A model generated the notes under the pieces. It did not search any database and was not told where the DNA came from. It worked only from the letters and a program-made list of their open reading frames with translations. From Candidatus Pelagibacter sp. HTCC7211 (lineage in GTDB: Bacteria > Pseudomonadota > Alphaproteobacteria > Pelagibacterales > Pelagibacteraceae): a stretch of 32,000 nt of DNA. Position 1 is the stretch's first letter; each line of letters opens with the position of its first letter. The stretch spans positions 450,001 through 482,000 of the forward strand of contig NZ_DS995298.1 in NCBI RefSeq assembly GCF_000155895.1. The letters are read 5' to 3'. A program made the translations under genes and the position numbers. Shown in pieces: positions 10,652 through 21,695 of the stretch.

Positions 10652-11081
10652 TTATAATTTTACTTAATACTAAATCAAAATTAATAACCTCTTCAGAACT
10701 TGAATTTAGTAATGCATTAGAAATCCTTTTTTTTTGATGATCAAAAATCTCATTAAAAATTTTTTTTCCTTTTTCATTTAAAAATACATGCTTAACTCTT
10801 GTATCTTGGTCATCTTTTTTAAATGAAACAATTTCCAGTTTAATTAAATCTTTGAGAACTCTATTAAGGCTTTGTTTTGTCACTTTAAGTCGTTTTAAAA
10901 GTTCAGAAATAGTAATTCCTTGATACATTGACAATAAATGAATTACTTTATGATGAGCCAAACCAATTGAATATTTGTCTAATACTTTCTTTGCGTCAGA
11001 AAATGTTTCTCTATAACTAACAAATAATTTTTCTATTAAGCTTTTTAACTGATCGTCTTTTAGATATAAAAGTTCTTTCAT
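10644..11081 (-). CDS. MarR-family transcriptional regulator (possible PetP-like)
   Basis: 145 aa with a winged-HTH pattern (ITISELLKRLKVTKQSLNRVLKDLIKLEIV...DQDTRVK...LNEKGKK). Its 3' end overlaps the response-regulator start by 8 nt, implying one operon. Confidence 0.8.
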   Translation of the reverse strand: MKELLYLKDDQLKSLIEKLFVSYRETFSDAKKVLDKYSIGLAHHKVIHLLSMYQGITISELLKRLKVTKQSLNRVLKDLIKLEIVSFKKDDQDTRVKHVFLNEKGKKIFNEIFDHQKKRISNALLNSSSEEVINFDLVLSKIING

Positions 11082-11151
11082 TTTAGGTAAGTTATATTGA
11101 CATATTAAAGATACAAAGATATTTTTTAATTATAATTAAAAAATTTCATAC

Positions 11152-12033
11152 ATGGTGCCATACGATAAGAGATCTGGTAAAATTTGGTATAATAGTGAAC
11201 TATTAGACTGGGCTGATGCAAAAATACATGTATTAAATCATGGACTTCATTACGCGAGTTGTGTTTTTGAAGGTGAACGAGTTTATGATGGTGCAATATT
11301 TAAATTAGAAGAACATACTTCAAGACTTTTTTATTCAGCAAAAAGAATGGGAATGACAATTCCATATTCAGAGAAAGAAATAAATGAAGCCTGCAATAAA
11401 ATTGTTTCAGTACAAAATGTACAAAATGGATATGTAAGACCTACAATTTGGAGAGGTAGTGAAATGATGGCAATCTCTGCACAACAAACAAAAATTCATG
11501 TAGCAATTGCAACTTGGGAGTGGGGATCATATTTTGATCCGAAACTTAAAGTAGAAGGGATAAAATTAAATATTTCTAACTGGCGAAGACCTGCGCCTAA
11601 TACTATTCCTTGGGACACAAAAGCTTCAGGCCTTTATATGATTTGCACACTATCAAAACATGAAGCAGAAAAACAAGGTTACACAGATTCATTAATGCTA
11701 GATCATGAGGGCAATGTGGCTGAGGCAACGGGTGCAAATATTTTTTTTAAAGACAAAAATGGAGATTTGCATACACCAATTCCAGACTCTTTTTTAGATG
11801 GAATTACCAGAAGAACAGTCATTGAAATTGCAAAATCAAAGAATATTAAGGTACATGAAAGAAAAATAAATCCTTCAGAACTTTCTAATTTTGTTGGATG
11901 TTTTTTAACTGGAACTGCAGCAGAGGTTACTCCTGTATCATGTATTGCTGAAAATCAATTTAAGGTTTGTAATACTATAATTGAACTTAATGAAAGTTAT
12001 CAAACTTTAGTTAGAAAACAGAAAGCTGCTTAA
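11152..12033 (+). CDS. ilvE: Branched-chain amino acid aminotransferase (class IV PLP enzyme)
   Basis: 293 aa. The N-terminus WYNSELLDWADAKIHVLNHGLHYASCVFEGERVY and the later EATGANIFF and GITR motifs fit IlvE. Confidence 0.9.
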   Translation: MVPYDKRSGKIWYNSELLDWADAKIHVLNHGLHYASCVFEGERVYDGAIFKLEEHTSRLFYSAKRMGMTIPYSEKEINEACNKIVSVQNVQNGYVRPTIWRGSEMMAISAQQTKIHVAIATWEWGSYFDPKLKVEGIKLNISNWRRPAPNTIPWDTKASGLYMICTLSKHEAEKQGYTDSLMLDHEGNVAEATGANIFFKDKNGDLHTPIPDSFLDGITRRTVIEIAKSKNIKVHERKINPSELSNFVGCFLTGTAAEVTPVSCIAENQFKVCNTIIELNESYQTLVRKQKAA

Positions 12034-12614
12034 TCCTTATTATCTTCTGACATTGCGTGATCAATTCCTTTACGCATATAATCGTAACCAGTGAAAAGGG
12101 TTAAAAACGCTGAAAGCCATAATAAAATAATTCCGATTGTTTGTGCATTGTAATCTTGAAAATTAATTATCTTATTTCCTGTATCTCCCGATAATAACAA
12201 GGCAATAGAAACCATTTGTAAGACAGTTTTTAATTTAGCAAGATTTGAAACAGGGAGTTTGATTTTGCCTTTAGCTAAAAATTCCCTAAGTCCTGAAATT
12301 AAAATCTCTCTAGTTAAAATAATAATTGCTGCTATGACTTCGTAATGTTTGATTGTACCATCCATGACTAAAAGAATTAGTGCAGTGGCAACTATAATTT
12401 TGTCTGCTATTGGGTCTAAAAGTTCTCCAAGCTTAGATTCTTCTCCAAGCATTCTAGCTAACATGCCATCTAAAAAATCAGTAAATGATGCTACTATAAA
12501 TAAAATTAGGGCTGTTAAATCTCCATAAAAACCTGGAAGATAGAAGGCTAAAACAAAAAAGGGTACAATAATTATTCTACCAATTGTCAGTATATTTGGA
12601 ATTTTTCTAAGCAT
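12030..12614 (-). CDS. pgsA: CDP-diacylglycerol--glycerol-3-phosphate 3-phosphatidyltransferase
   Basis: CDP-alcohol phosphotransferase motif DFLDGMLAR...G...DPIADK. It is a membrane protein of 194 aa lying immediately downstream of uvrC, as in many proteobacteria. Confidence 0.9.
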   Translation of the reverse strand: MLRKIPNILTIGRIIIVPFFVLAFYLPGFYGDLTALILFIVASFTDFLDGMLARMLGEESKLGELLDPIADKIIVATALILLVMDGTIKHYEVIAAIIILTREILISGLREFLAKGKIKLPVSNLAKLKTVLQMVSIALLLSGDTGNKIINFQDYNAQTIGIILLWLSAFLTLFTGYDYMRKGIDHAMSEDNKD

Positions 12615-12616
12615 AA

Positions 12617-14452
12617 TTATTCGTGAAAAAAGTTATATATCTTTTTTGCTACTTTTTCCTCAACACCTTCCACAGATTTTATTTCATCAAAACTAGCAGA
12701 CTCAACAGCTCTAGCTGAGCCAAAATGGTTTAATAACGACCTTTTTCTAATAGCTCCGATACCATCGATCTGGTCTAATAATGATTTTGATAACCCTTTT
12801 GCTCTTTTAGCTCTATGTGAAGTAATTGCAAATCTATGAGCCTCATCTCTAAGTCTTTGCATAAAGAATAAAGTTGGATCATTTTTTTCAAATTTGTAGC
12901 TTTTGCCATTATAAAAAAAAGTTTCGTCACCATTATTTCGCATTTTACCTTTTGCAATAGCGATCATGGGAAGATCATATAAACCAAGCTCATTTAGCAC
13001 CTCTTTAGCAGAAGAATATTGTCCTTTTCCTCCATCAATTAGTATTAAGTCAGGCAATGTTAAATAATTACCTTTCTCTAAAATTGCTCTTTTAAATCTT
13101 CTAGATAAGACTTCTTTAAGCATTGCAAAGTCATCTTGTTCAGCACCTTTTGTCTTAATATCAAATTTTCGATATCTCTTTTTAACAAAACCTTCATTTC
13201 CAAAAGTAACCATAGCACCCACACTATTGGTCCCCGAAATATGACTATTGTCATAAACTTCTACTAAGTTAATAGTATTTTTTAAATCAAATTTTTTAAT
13301 AATACCCTCAAATAGATTTTTATTATTATTTGTTTCATAAAGTTTTCTATTTAAAGACTCTTTGGCATTTTTTTCAGCCATAGCAATGACTTTTGCTTTA
13401 GTTCCTTTTTTTGCTGTATTGATAGAAATGGTATTACCTTCTTTTTTACTTAGAGTTTCTTCAATTAGTTTTTTATCGTTGATTTCACTATTTATAATAA
13501 CCAATTTTGGAACAGTTTTATTTTCATAAAATTGCATTAAAAAAGAGGACATAATTTCTGAAATATTTTGATCAGGATCATGTTTTGGAAAATAAGCTTG
13601 GTTTCCCCAATTTTGTTTTGATCTATAAAAAAATACCTGAATACAAGCTTTACCAGACTCTTTGTAAGCAGCGATAACGTCAGCATCAACAAGATTTGCT
13701 TCATTAATTCTTTGTGAAGATTGAATAATATTTAAAGATTTTATTCTATCTCTGAAAATTGAAGCTTTTTCGTAATCAAGCTCGTCACTTGCAGCTTCCA
13801 TCTCTTTAGAAAGATTTTTTTGTATATCTCTTGATTTACCAGATACAAATTGAATAGCTTGATCAACTGTTTTTTTATAATCAGATTTATCAATGTAACC
13901 CACACAAGGACCAGAACATCTTTTAATTTGATAAAGTATACATGGTCTTTTTCTATTTTTAAAAGTTCCTTCATCACAAACTCTTAACTGAAATATTTTT
14001 TGTAGCATTTTAATTGTCCAATTAGCAGTACCTGCCGACGCAAAAGGACCAAAGTAAAATCCTTCCTTTTCTTTTTTGCCTCTATGCTTAGTAACCCTTG
14101 GCCATTGTTCTTTTTCACCAATAAATATGAAGGGAAATGACTTGTCGTCTTTAAGTAAAATATTGAATTTTGGTCTATGTTTTTTGATTAAATTAGCCTC
14201 TAAAAGCAATGCTTCACTCTCATTAGCCGTAGTTGTGATCTCAATTTTAAATGTTTGAGATAACATCCTCTCTGTTCGAATGATATGATTTTTCTCTGAC
14301 ACATAGCTTTTAAGTCTATTTGGAAGGTTTTTGGCTTTTCCAACATAAAGAATATCATCTTTATGATTGAGCATTCTATAAACGCCAGGACTTTTAGGAA
14401 TTAGTGGAAGTTCTTTTTTTATTACTTCTTTTCCAAGATCAGAGCTTTTCAT
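12617..14452 (-). CDS. uvrC: Excinuclease ABC subunit C
   Basis: GIY-YIG N-terminus (PGVYRM...[10 protein letters not shown]), UVR domain, RNase H-like endonuclease region and C-terminal (HhH)2. The ATG at 14452 is preferred over the TTG at 14482. It overlaps the folB stop by 14 nt. Confidence 0.95.
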   Translation of the reverse strand: MKSSDLGKEVIKKELPLIPKSPGVYRMLNHKDDILYVGKAKNLPNRLKSYVSEKNHIIRTERMLSQTFKIEITTTANESEALLLEANLIKKHRPKFNILLKDDKSFPFIFIGEKEQWPRVTKHRGKKEKEGFYFGPFASAGTANWTIKMLQKIFQLRVCDEGTFKNRKRPCILYQIKRCSGPCVGYIDKSDYKKTVDQAIQFVSGKSRDIQKNLSKEMEAASDELDYEKASIFRDRIKSLNIIQSSQRINEANLVDADVIAAYKESGKACIQVFFYRSKQNWGNQAYFPKHDPDQNISEIMSSFLMQFYENKTVPKLVIINSEINDKKLIEETLSKKEGNTISINTAKKGTKAKVIAMAEKNAKESLNRKLYETNNNKNLFEGIIKKFDLKNTINLVEVYDNSHISGTNSVGAMVTFGNEGFVKKRYRKFDIKTKGAEQDDFAMLKEVLSRRFKRAILEKGNYLTLPDLILIDGGKGQYSSAKEVLNELGLYDLPMIAIAKGKMRNNGDETFFYNGKSYKFEKNDPTLFFMQRLRDEAHRFAITSHRAKRAKGLSKSLLDQIDGIGAIRKRSLLNHFGSARAVESASFDEIKSVEGVEEKVAKKIYNFFHE

Positions 14453-14864
14453 GACTTCTTTTTTTGGTAATTTGAATACCAACAGAGGTACATTCTTTTA
14501 ATATCTCAAGTTTTTCAATTTGAAGCATTATTTTTCCAATTCTCTTATCTTTAAACAAAACATCAAAAACATCTTCTGCAAGTGTTTCTAAAAAGTTGTA
14601 GTGCTTATTTTTGGTAAGTTTTTTAATCAATTTTACAACTTGTCCATAATTTACAATAGATTTGATATCTTTATCACTGGTTGGTTTTTTATCTTCGTAA
14701 TCAATCTCAAGGCTAAATTTAACTTTTTGAGGTTTCTCTTTTTCAAATTCGTAATAGCCAAGTTTTAAATCTAAGGTTAGATCTTTAATAAGAATTTTTT
14801 TTTCGTAATTAAATAAACTTTTATTTTTATCTATTTTAATAATTTTGAAATTATTCTTTTTCAT
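14439..14864 (-). CDS. folB: Dihydroneopterin aldolase family protein
   Basis: Pattern I-x-L-x-L...G-x-x-x-x-E...V-x-x-x-L-E, then [10 protein letters not shown]...[10 protein letters not shown] and a C-terminal K-containing strand, typical of the FolB tunnelling fold. It has a roughly 20-aa N-terminal extension. Confidence 0.7.
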   Translation of the reverse strand: MKKNNFKIIKIDKNKSLFNYEKKILIKDLTLDLKLGYYEFEKEKPQKVKFSLEIDYEDKKPTSDKDIKSIVNYGQVVKLIKKLTKNKHYNFLETLAEDVFDVLFKDKRIGKIMLQIEKLEILKECTSVGIQITKKRSHEKL

Positions 14865-14867
14865 AAT

Positions 14868-15878
14868 TTAAATTCTAGATTCTATAAATTCTATAATCAT
14901 TGGATGATAATAACTAAAACAAGAATATGAAACCAGGTAATGTCCTGCACCTTTTTTCTTCATTTCTTTATATAATTTCTTATCAACTTTAATGAATTTT
15001 TTTTCACTTGTTAGTTTCTCTTTTCCTTCAGGCCAAGCTTCTTCCCATCCACCTTTCATCTTATCTTTAATTCCACACTTTTTACCATTTACAACAATAT
15101 CTTTTCCTGTATGACCAGGAGTGTCGATCCATTGTATACCGGGAATATTTCCTAAATCTTTTTTCATCCAAACACTATTGCTTCTCCAATCTCCCTCGCC
15201 ATCCACGGGACTGTGAAAAACTAATGCATCAATTCTTTCAAAACTTTTTAATTCATCGATCTGCATTTTTCGAAGAGGTGTATCGGGTCTTCTATCCCAA
15301 CAGTTAGGCATAAAAGCAATTGTTGCATTGAAATCCTCTGGGTAAAGACCTTTGTGTCTCAATGTATCAATTCCACCACAAGATATACCTGACATAAAAA
15401 TTTGATTTCTGGGAGTCCCCTTTGAAACTAGTTCATCAATTAATTCTTTATTTACACTAGCTCTTTTACTTATTCCCCAGTTTTCTAAAATACAATCGTA
15501 CCAAGGTTGGTGAAATGCACCTTTGAATTTCCATCCACATCCATGTCCATCATCTCCACCTGCTTTATGTAGTCTGCCATTTAACATTAAGACCAATTCT
15601 TTACCATTTATTTTTGTTCCAGATATTTGACCTAATTGTTTTGGCACATGATCTTTGCATTCGCCCCATTTTTTATCAACTTTCCATCCTCCTTTGTTGA
15701 AAATCATAATAATTTTATTAGAGGGATCAGGAATGTTTGTCCCTTTAATAATTTTTACTTTCTTTCCATCGCTATAGATAAAAGCATCACCCTTTATATC
15801 TCCAGTTTTACATTCTCGTGCATAAGAAACTGAAGATAACAAAACTATGAGAGTTGAGATGAATAAAATTTTTTTCAT
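14868..15878 (-). CDS. Secreted/periplasmic Cys-rich protein, alpha/beta-hydrolase-like (putative esterase); function unknown
   Basis: Signal peptide [20 protein letters not shown]. There is a G-x-S-x-G nucleophile elbow GISCG (codons at 15375-15389, Ser codon at 15381-15383), a preceding beta-strand plus Gly-rich turn (IIMIFNKGG), and candidate acid (VFHSPVDGEGD) and His (GAGHYL) positions. The mature part has eight Cys. Its ATG overlaps the upstream SDR stop (ATGA). The CDS call is solid; the fold assignment is tentative. Confidence 0.5.
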   Translation of the reverse strand: MKKILFISTLIVLLSSVSYARECKTGDIKGDAFIYSDGKKVKIIKGTNIPDPSNKIIMIFNKGGWKVDKKWGECKDHVPKQLGQISGTKINGKELVLMLNGRLHKAGGDDGHGCGWKFKGAFHQPWYDCILENWGISKRASVNKELIDELVSKGTPRNQIFMSGISCGGIDTLRHKGLYPEDFNATIAFMPNCWDRRPDTPLRKMQIDELKSFERIDALVFHSPVDGEGDWRSNSVWMKKDLGNIPGIQWIDTPGHTGKDIVVNGKKCGIKDKMKGGWEEAWPEGKEKLTSEKKFIKVDKKLYKEMKKKGAGHYLVSYSCFSYYHPMIIEFIESRI

Positions 15879-16627
15879 TCTTTACCTATAACATCTGGTG
15901 TTTGCCAGTTTAAATTTTGACCACTATCGATTGCTAAAACTTGTCCGGTAATAGATCTGTTTTTAATAAAAAAGTCAACTGCATTACAAATTTCATTAAC
16001 ATCAACCTGTTTTTTTAAAGGGGTAGCCAAGTATTGTTTTTTAAAGTGTTTATCACTTTGTCTTTTATTTTTAATCGTTGGACCTGGGGCTATTCCATTT
16101 ACTCTTATATTTGGAGCCAAACTCATGGCACTTGTTTTAGTTAAAGTATAAAGACCTGTTTTACTTATTGTATATGAAAAGAAGTAAGGAGTTAATTTAA
16201 ATATTCTTTGATCAATAATATTAATAATATTGTTATTCTTGCCCTTAATATTTTTTGCAAATTCTTTAGATAGTAGAGCAGGTGTTCTTAAATTTGTTCT
16301 TAAGTGTTGTCCCCAACTATCTGTTGTAAAATTTTCTAATTTATCATTTTCAAAAAGGGATGCATTATTTATCAGGCAATCAAAATATTTTAATTTTGAT
16401 TTTGCAAATTTAACTATCTTATTTACATCAGTTTCTTTACTTAAATCTCCTTTTACTAAGTAAATCTTAGTGTCATACTTTTCTAATTCTTTTTTTAAGT
16501 TTTCTGCTTTTGATTTTGATTTATTATAATGGATCACTATCTCAATATTTGGACCAGATAATTTTTTTGCAATAGCAGCACCCATTCTAGTAGCACCACC
16601 AGTAATAATTATTTTGTTTGCTTCCAT
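15875..16627 (-). CDS. Short-chain dehydrogenase/reductase, pteridine reductase / FolM-like
   Basis: [12 protein letters not shown] cofactor motif, NNASLF, catalytic YTISK and IAPGPT. The proximity to folB suggests a pterin substrate, which is inference. Confidence 0.75.
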   Translation of the reverse strand: MEANKIIITGGATRMGAAIAKKLSGPNIEIVIHYNKSKSKAENLKKELEKYDTKIYLVKGDLSKETDVNKIVKFAKSKLKYFDCLINNASLFENDKLENFTTDSWGQHLRTNLRTPALLSKEFAKNIKGKNNNIINIIDQRIFKLTPYFFSYTISKTGLYTLTKTSAMSLAPNIRVNGIAPGPTIKNKRQSDKHFKKQYLATPLKKQVDVNEICNAVDFFIKNRSITGQVLAIDSGQNLNWQTPDVIGKE

Positions 16628-18780
16628 TTCTTTTTTCCTTTTTGGGCTCTTGTACCTGGTAAACCCATAGTTGATCTACCTTTTGGATAAATTTTATTAT
16701 TTGAACTATATTTTTTTACTTTAGGATTTAAAGTAATTTCTAATTCAGAAGCTTCTAGTTTTCTAATTTCATCTCTTATTTTAGCTGCTTCTTCAAACTC
16801 GAGGTTGGTTGCAGCTTCTTTCATTCTCTTGTTAAGACTTTTTAAGTGTTTTTTAAGATTACCTCCAATATTTTCATCAGTACCAACTTTTACGTAATCT
16901 TTTTCATAAACACTTTCAAGTACATCTCCAATTTCTTTCTTTATTGTTTTTGCATCAATTTTGTGTTTTTTGTTATAGGCAACTTGAATAGTTCGTCTTC
17001 TATCAGTTTCTTTTATTGCATTCTTAATACTTTTAGTTTCTTTATCCGCATAAAGAATAACTTTTCCATCTAAGTTTCTCGCTGCTCTTCCAATTGTTTG
17101 AATTAAAGAAGTTTCAGATCTTAAGAATCCTTCTTTGTCAGCATCTAAAATCCCAACTAATGCACATTCAGGTATATCAAGACCTTCTCTTAAAAGATTA
17201 ATACCAACCAAAACATCAAATACTCCAAGCCTTAGATCTCTCATAATCTCAATACGCTCTAAAGTGTCTATGTCTGAGTGCATATATCTTACTTTAATAC
17301 CGTTTTCATGAAGGTATTCTGTTAGGTCTTCAGCCATCTTTTTGGTTAAAGTGGTTACCAACACTCTATAATTATTATCAATTACTTTTAAACACTCATG
17401 CATTAAGTCATCAACTTGATTTTTAGCAGGTCTAATTTCAACCGGAGGATCAATTAATCCGGTAGGTCTAATTACCTGTTCAACAAACTTATTTTTTGTT
17501 TGTTTTAACTCCCAAGGCCCAGGTGTGGCTGATACAAAAACTGTTTGAGTTCTCATTGCATCCCATTCTTCAAATTTAAGTGGACGGTTATCCATACATG
17601 AGGGTAATCTAAACCCATACTCTGCAAGATTGCTTTTTCTTGATCTATCGCCTTTATACATTCCATTTAATTGAGGAACTGTTACATGACATTCATCAAC
17701 AAAAATAAGAGTATTATCTGGAAAGTATTCAAATAGAGTAGGGGGTGGTTCTCCAGGTTTTCTACCTGATAAAAATCTTGAGTAATTTTCAATTCCAGCA
17801 CATGAGCCAGTTGCTTCGATCATTTCCAAATCAAATTTTGTTCTTTCCTCTAATCTTTGCGCTTCAAGTAATTTATTTTGCTCTTTAAATTTTTTTAAAG
17901 TTATCTCAAGCTCTCTTTTAATTTTAATTATTGCCTGTTCGATTGTAGGCTTTGGAGTGATGTAATGGCTATTTGCATAAACTTTAATTACATCAAGCTC
18001 ATTTACTAAATCTCCTGTAAGTGGATCAAATTCTTCAATTTTTTCTAATTTATCTCCAAATAAACTTAGTCTCCAAGCTCGGTCTTCTAAATGTGATGGA
18101 AAGATTTCTAAATACTCACCACGAGCTCTAAAAGTTCCACGATAAAAATTTTGATCATTTCTTTTATATTGAAGCGCTACTAAAGATTTAATTAATTCTT
18201 CTCTGTTATAATCATAATTAGTCTTTAAGCTTAGCGTCATCTTACTGTAAGCCTCAACAGAACCTAACCCATAAATACAAGATACACTTGAGACAATAAT
18301 GACATCATCTCTTTCAAGTAATGATCTTGTTGCTGAGTGACGCATTCGATCAATTTGCTCATTAATTGATGCCTCTTTTTCAATATAGGTATCTGAACGT
18401 GGAACGTATGCTTCCGGAGTATAATAATCATAGTAAGATACAAAATATTCAACTGCATTATCTGGAAAGAAAGATTTCATTTCTCCATATAGTTGAGCAG
18501 CTAATGTTTTATTTGGGGCAAGAATTAAAGCTGGTCTATTTGTTTTCTCAATAACCTTAGCCATTGTAAATGTTTTTCCAGATCCAGTAACACCAAGCAA
18601 AACTTGACTAAGTTGATCTTTATTTGCACCATTGACCAATTGTTTAATTGCTTCTGGTTGATCACCTGCAGGCTTAAAATCAGTTTTCATTTGAAACTTT
18701 TTACCTCCCTCGAGCTTAGGACTAATCCCAGGATCTTTATTTTGAATTTCGGTAATTAAATCTTGATAAGTATTCTGCAT
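16609..18780 (-). CDS. uvrB: Excinuclease ABC subunit B
   Basis: Walker [13 protein letters not shown]-type box (VDECHVT), helicase motifs, C-terminal UVR domain ([17 protein letters not shown]), 723 aa. Confidence 0.97.
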   Translation of the reverse strand: MQNTYQDLITEIQNKDPGISPKLEGGKKFQMKTDFKPAGDQPEAIKQLVNGANKDQLSQVLLGVTGSGKTFTMAKVIEKTNRPALILAPNKTLAAQLYGEMKSFFPDNAVEYFVSYYDYYTPEAYVPRSDTYIEKEASINEQIDRMRHSATRSLLERDDVIIVSSVSCIYGLGSVEAYSKMTLSLKTNYDYNREELIKSLVALQYKRNDQNFYRGTFRARGEYLEIFPSHLEDRAWRLSLFGDKLEKIEEFDPLTGDLVNELDVIKVYANSHYITPKPTIEQAIIKIKRELEITLKKFKEQNKLLEAQRLEERTKFDLEMIEATGSCAGIENYSRFLSGRKPGEPPPTLFEYFPDNTLIFVDECHVTVPQLNGMYKGDRSRKSNLAEYGFRLPSCMDNRPLKFEEWDAMRTQTVFVSATPGPWELKQTKNKFVEQVIRPTGLIDPPVEIRPAKNQVDDLMHECLKVIDNNYRVLVTTLTKKMAEDLTEYLHENGIKVRYMHSDIDTLERIEIMRDLRLGVFDVLVGINLLREGLDIPECALVGILDADKEGFLRSETSLIQTIGRAARNLDGKVILYADKETKSIKNAIKETDRRRTIQVAYNKKHKIDAKTIKKEIGDVLESVYEKDYVKVGTDENIGGNLKKHLKSLNKRMKEAATNLEFEEAAKIRDEIRKLEASELEITLNPKVKKYSSNNKIYPKGRSTMGLPGTRAQKGKKKWKQTK

Positions 18781-18803
18781 TATCTATAAAACTAGAGGAT
18801 TAA

Positions 18804-20003
<1,200 letters not shown>

Positions 20004-20006
20004 GAG

Positions 20007-20657
20007 GTGAAAACAGCCTTATTATTTGGTGCATCAGGGTTAGTTGGAAGTCATCTCTTAAATCAATTAATCAGCAATAACAATTATTCCAAGATTAAGT
20101 TATTTGTTCGTTCAACAATAGAAATAGATGATCCAAAGATTGAAATTATTGAAACAGATTTTAATAATTTAGAAAATCATAAAGAAGACATTAAAGGAGA
20201 TGATTGTTTCTTTTGTATTGGCACTACAAAAAAAAATTCACCAGATAAAAATGAATATAGAAATATTGAACTTGATATTCCTGAAGAAATTGCAAAAATT
20301 GCAAAATCAAATTTGGTTAATTCATTTATTTTTGTATCTGCATTATATGCAAATCCTAAAAGCTCAGGGGACTATGTAAGATTTAAAGGATTAGTTGAAG
20401 AAGAATTAAAAAGACTTGATTTTCCAAAATTAGCGTTAATGAGACCTTCCTTTTTAATGGGAAATAGAAAAGAAAAGAGGGTGGGTGAAACAATAGGTAT
20501 TTATTTTTTTAATTTAATTTCACCTTTCCTTTTGGGACCTTTAAAGAAAATGAGACCGATTCATTCAGAAACAGTTGCAAAAGCAATGATCATAGTTGCA
20601 AATGAAAATTTAGAAAAAAATATCTTCGAGTCTAACGAAATCGCAGAACTATTTTAA
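20007..20657 (+). CDS. NAD(P)H-binding atypical SDR (HTATIP2/NmrA-like Rossmann protein)
   Basis: N-terminal LLFGASGLVGSHL glycine-rich dinucleotide-binding motif, 216 aa. The GTG start lies 3 nt after the aminotransferase stop. Confidence 0.7.
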   Translation: MKTALLFGASGLVGSHLLNQLISNNNYSKIKLFVRSTIEIDDPKIEIIETDFNNLENHKEDIKGDDCFFCIGTTKKNSPDKNEYRNIELDIPEEIAKIAKSNLVNSFIFVSALYANPKSSGDYVRFKGLVEEELKRLDFPKLALMRPSFLMGNRKEKRVGETIGIYFFNLISPFLLGPLKKMRPIHSETVAKAMIIVANENLEKNIFESNEIAELF

Positions 20658-21676
20658 ACTAGTCCTAATCTTACAACAGATTTAGCAGTTTCAGATATAC
20701 AACCTTTTGCAGGATTAAATTTTAATCCCAATAAATCTTCGGCATAACTTGTGTCAGTTTGCATCGTGATCCCAAGGTCTGGAATCATTGTTTTAGCACT
20801 AGAGTCAAAAAAACTAATTAACTTTACCATAAAATTTGGTAGTTCTTTTTTAGGAAGTTTTTTTGCATACTCCGGCATTGCTTCAGCCATTATTTGAGAT
20901 AACTCAATTAATTTTTTTACTTCTTTTCCAACAATTAATCTTCTTCCACCAACTTTGGTATTTCCGATACAAGCCACATGTGCCTTTGCAACATCTTTTA
21001 CATCCGAAATCAAAATTCCCCATTTTGGTGCTGCGGGAAATTTACCCTTCATAAATTGTTTAACATATTCAATTGAAGTTCCTCCTTTTTTATCTAAGGC
21101 ATCGCCAAATACTCCACCAGGATTAATCACAGTTAATTTATTTTTTAATCTCTTACTTTCCATCAGTTCCCAAGCTGCTTTTTCAGCTTTTGTTTTTGAT
21201 AAAAAATAATCTCCCACTCCCTCTTTCCAGTTTTCATCTGTCCAATCATTTTCATCAAATGAATATGGATTACTTCTAATTGGTTTTCTAAACATAGCTG
21301 CAATTGAAGAGGTCACTATAAATTGTTCAATGTTAGCATTTAAACCTGCATTTAAAACTCTCAACGTTCCATCTACAGCGGGCGCTAATAAACTATTTCT
21401 GTTATTAGATACTTTAAAAGGAAATGGAGACGCAAGATGCATTATATATTTACAACCTTGAGCTGCTTCATTCCAACCATCATCCTTCAAAAGATCTAAT
21501 TCAACAAATGATAAATTATCTATTGGAGCGTGCTTATTTATAGTTTCTTTTGTTTGTTCAATTAAACTATCATTTCTTACTGTTCCTAAAACCTCATAAT
21601 CTGAATTTAATAATTCTATTGCAGTATGTTTAGCAATCCATCCACTTACTCCAGTTAGTAACACCTTGTTATTCAT
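20654..21676 (-). CDS. NAD-dependent epimerase/dehydratase family reductase (dihydroflavonol-4-reductase / aldehyde reductase-like extended SDR)
   Basis: VLLTGVSGWIAKH Rossmann motif and catalytic Y-x-x-x-K (YFLSKTKAE). 340 aa. Confidence 0.8.
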   Translation of the reverse strand: MNNKVLLTGVSGWIAKHTAIELLNSDYEVLGTVRNDSLIEQTKETINKHAPIDNLSFVELDLLKDDGWNEAAQGCKYIMHLASPFPFKVSNNRNSLLAPAVDGTLRVLNAGLNANIEQFIVTSSIAAMFRKPIRSNPYSFDENDWTDENWKEGVGDYFLSKTKAEKAAWELMESKRLKNKLTVINPGGVFGDALDKKGGTSIEYVKQFMKGKFPAAPKWGILISDVKDVAKAHVACIGNTKVGGRRLIVGKEVKKLIELSQIMAEAMPEYAKKLPKKELPNFMVKLISFFDSSAKTMIPDLGITMQTDTSYAEDLLGLKFNPAKGCISETAKSVVRLGLV

Positions 21677-21695
21677 TTTATTGGTACTTTCTATA

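Noticed and set aside
12775-14258. Short ORFs at 12775-12957(-), 13741-13977(-) and 14076-14258(+) within uvrC
   Set aside because: They are alternative-frame or antisense ORFs nested in uvrC, with no motifs. They are explained by chance stop-free stretches.
16230-18554. Short ORFs nested in the SDR and uvrB genes (16230-16463+, 16846-17073+, 18264-18458-, 18366-18554+)
   Set aside because: They are nested in strongly supported genes and have Ile/Phe/Leu/Asn-rich translations with no family resemblance.
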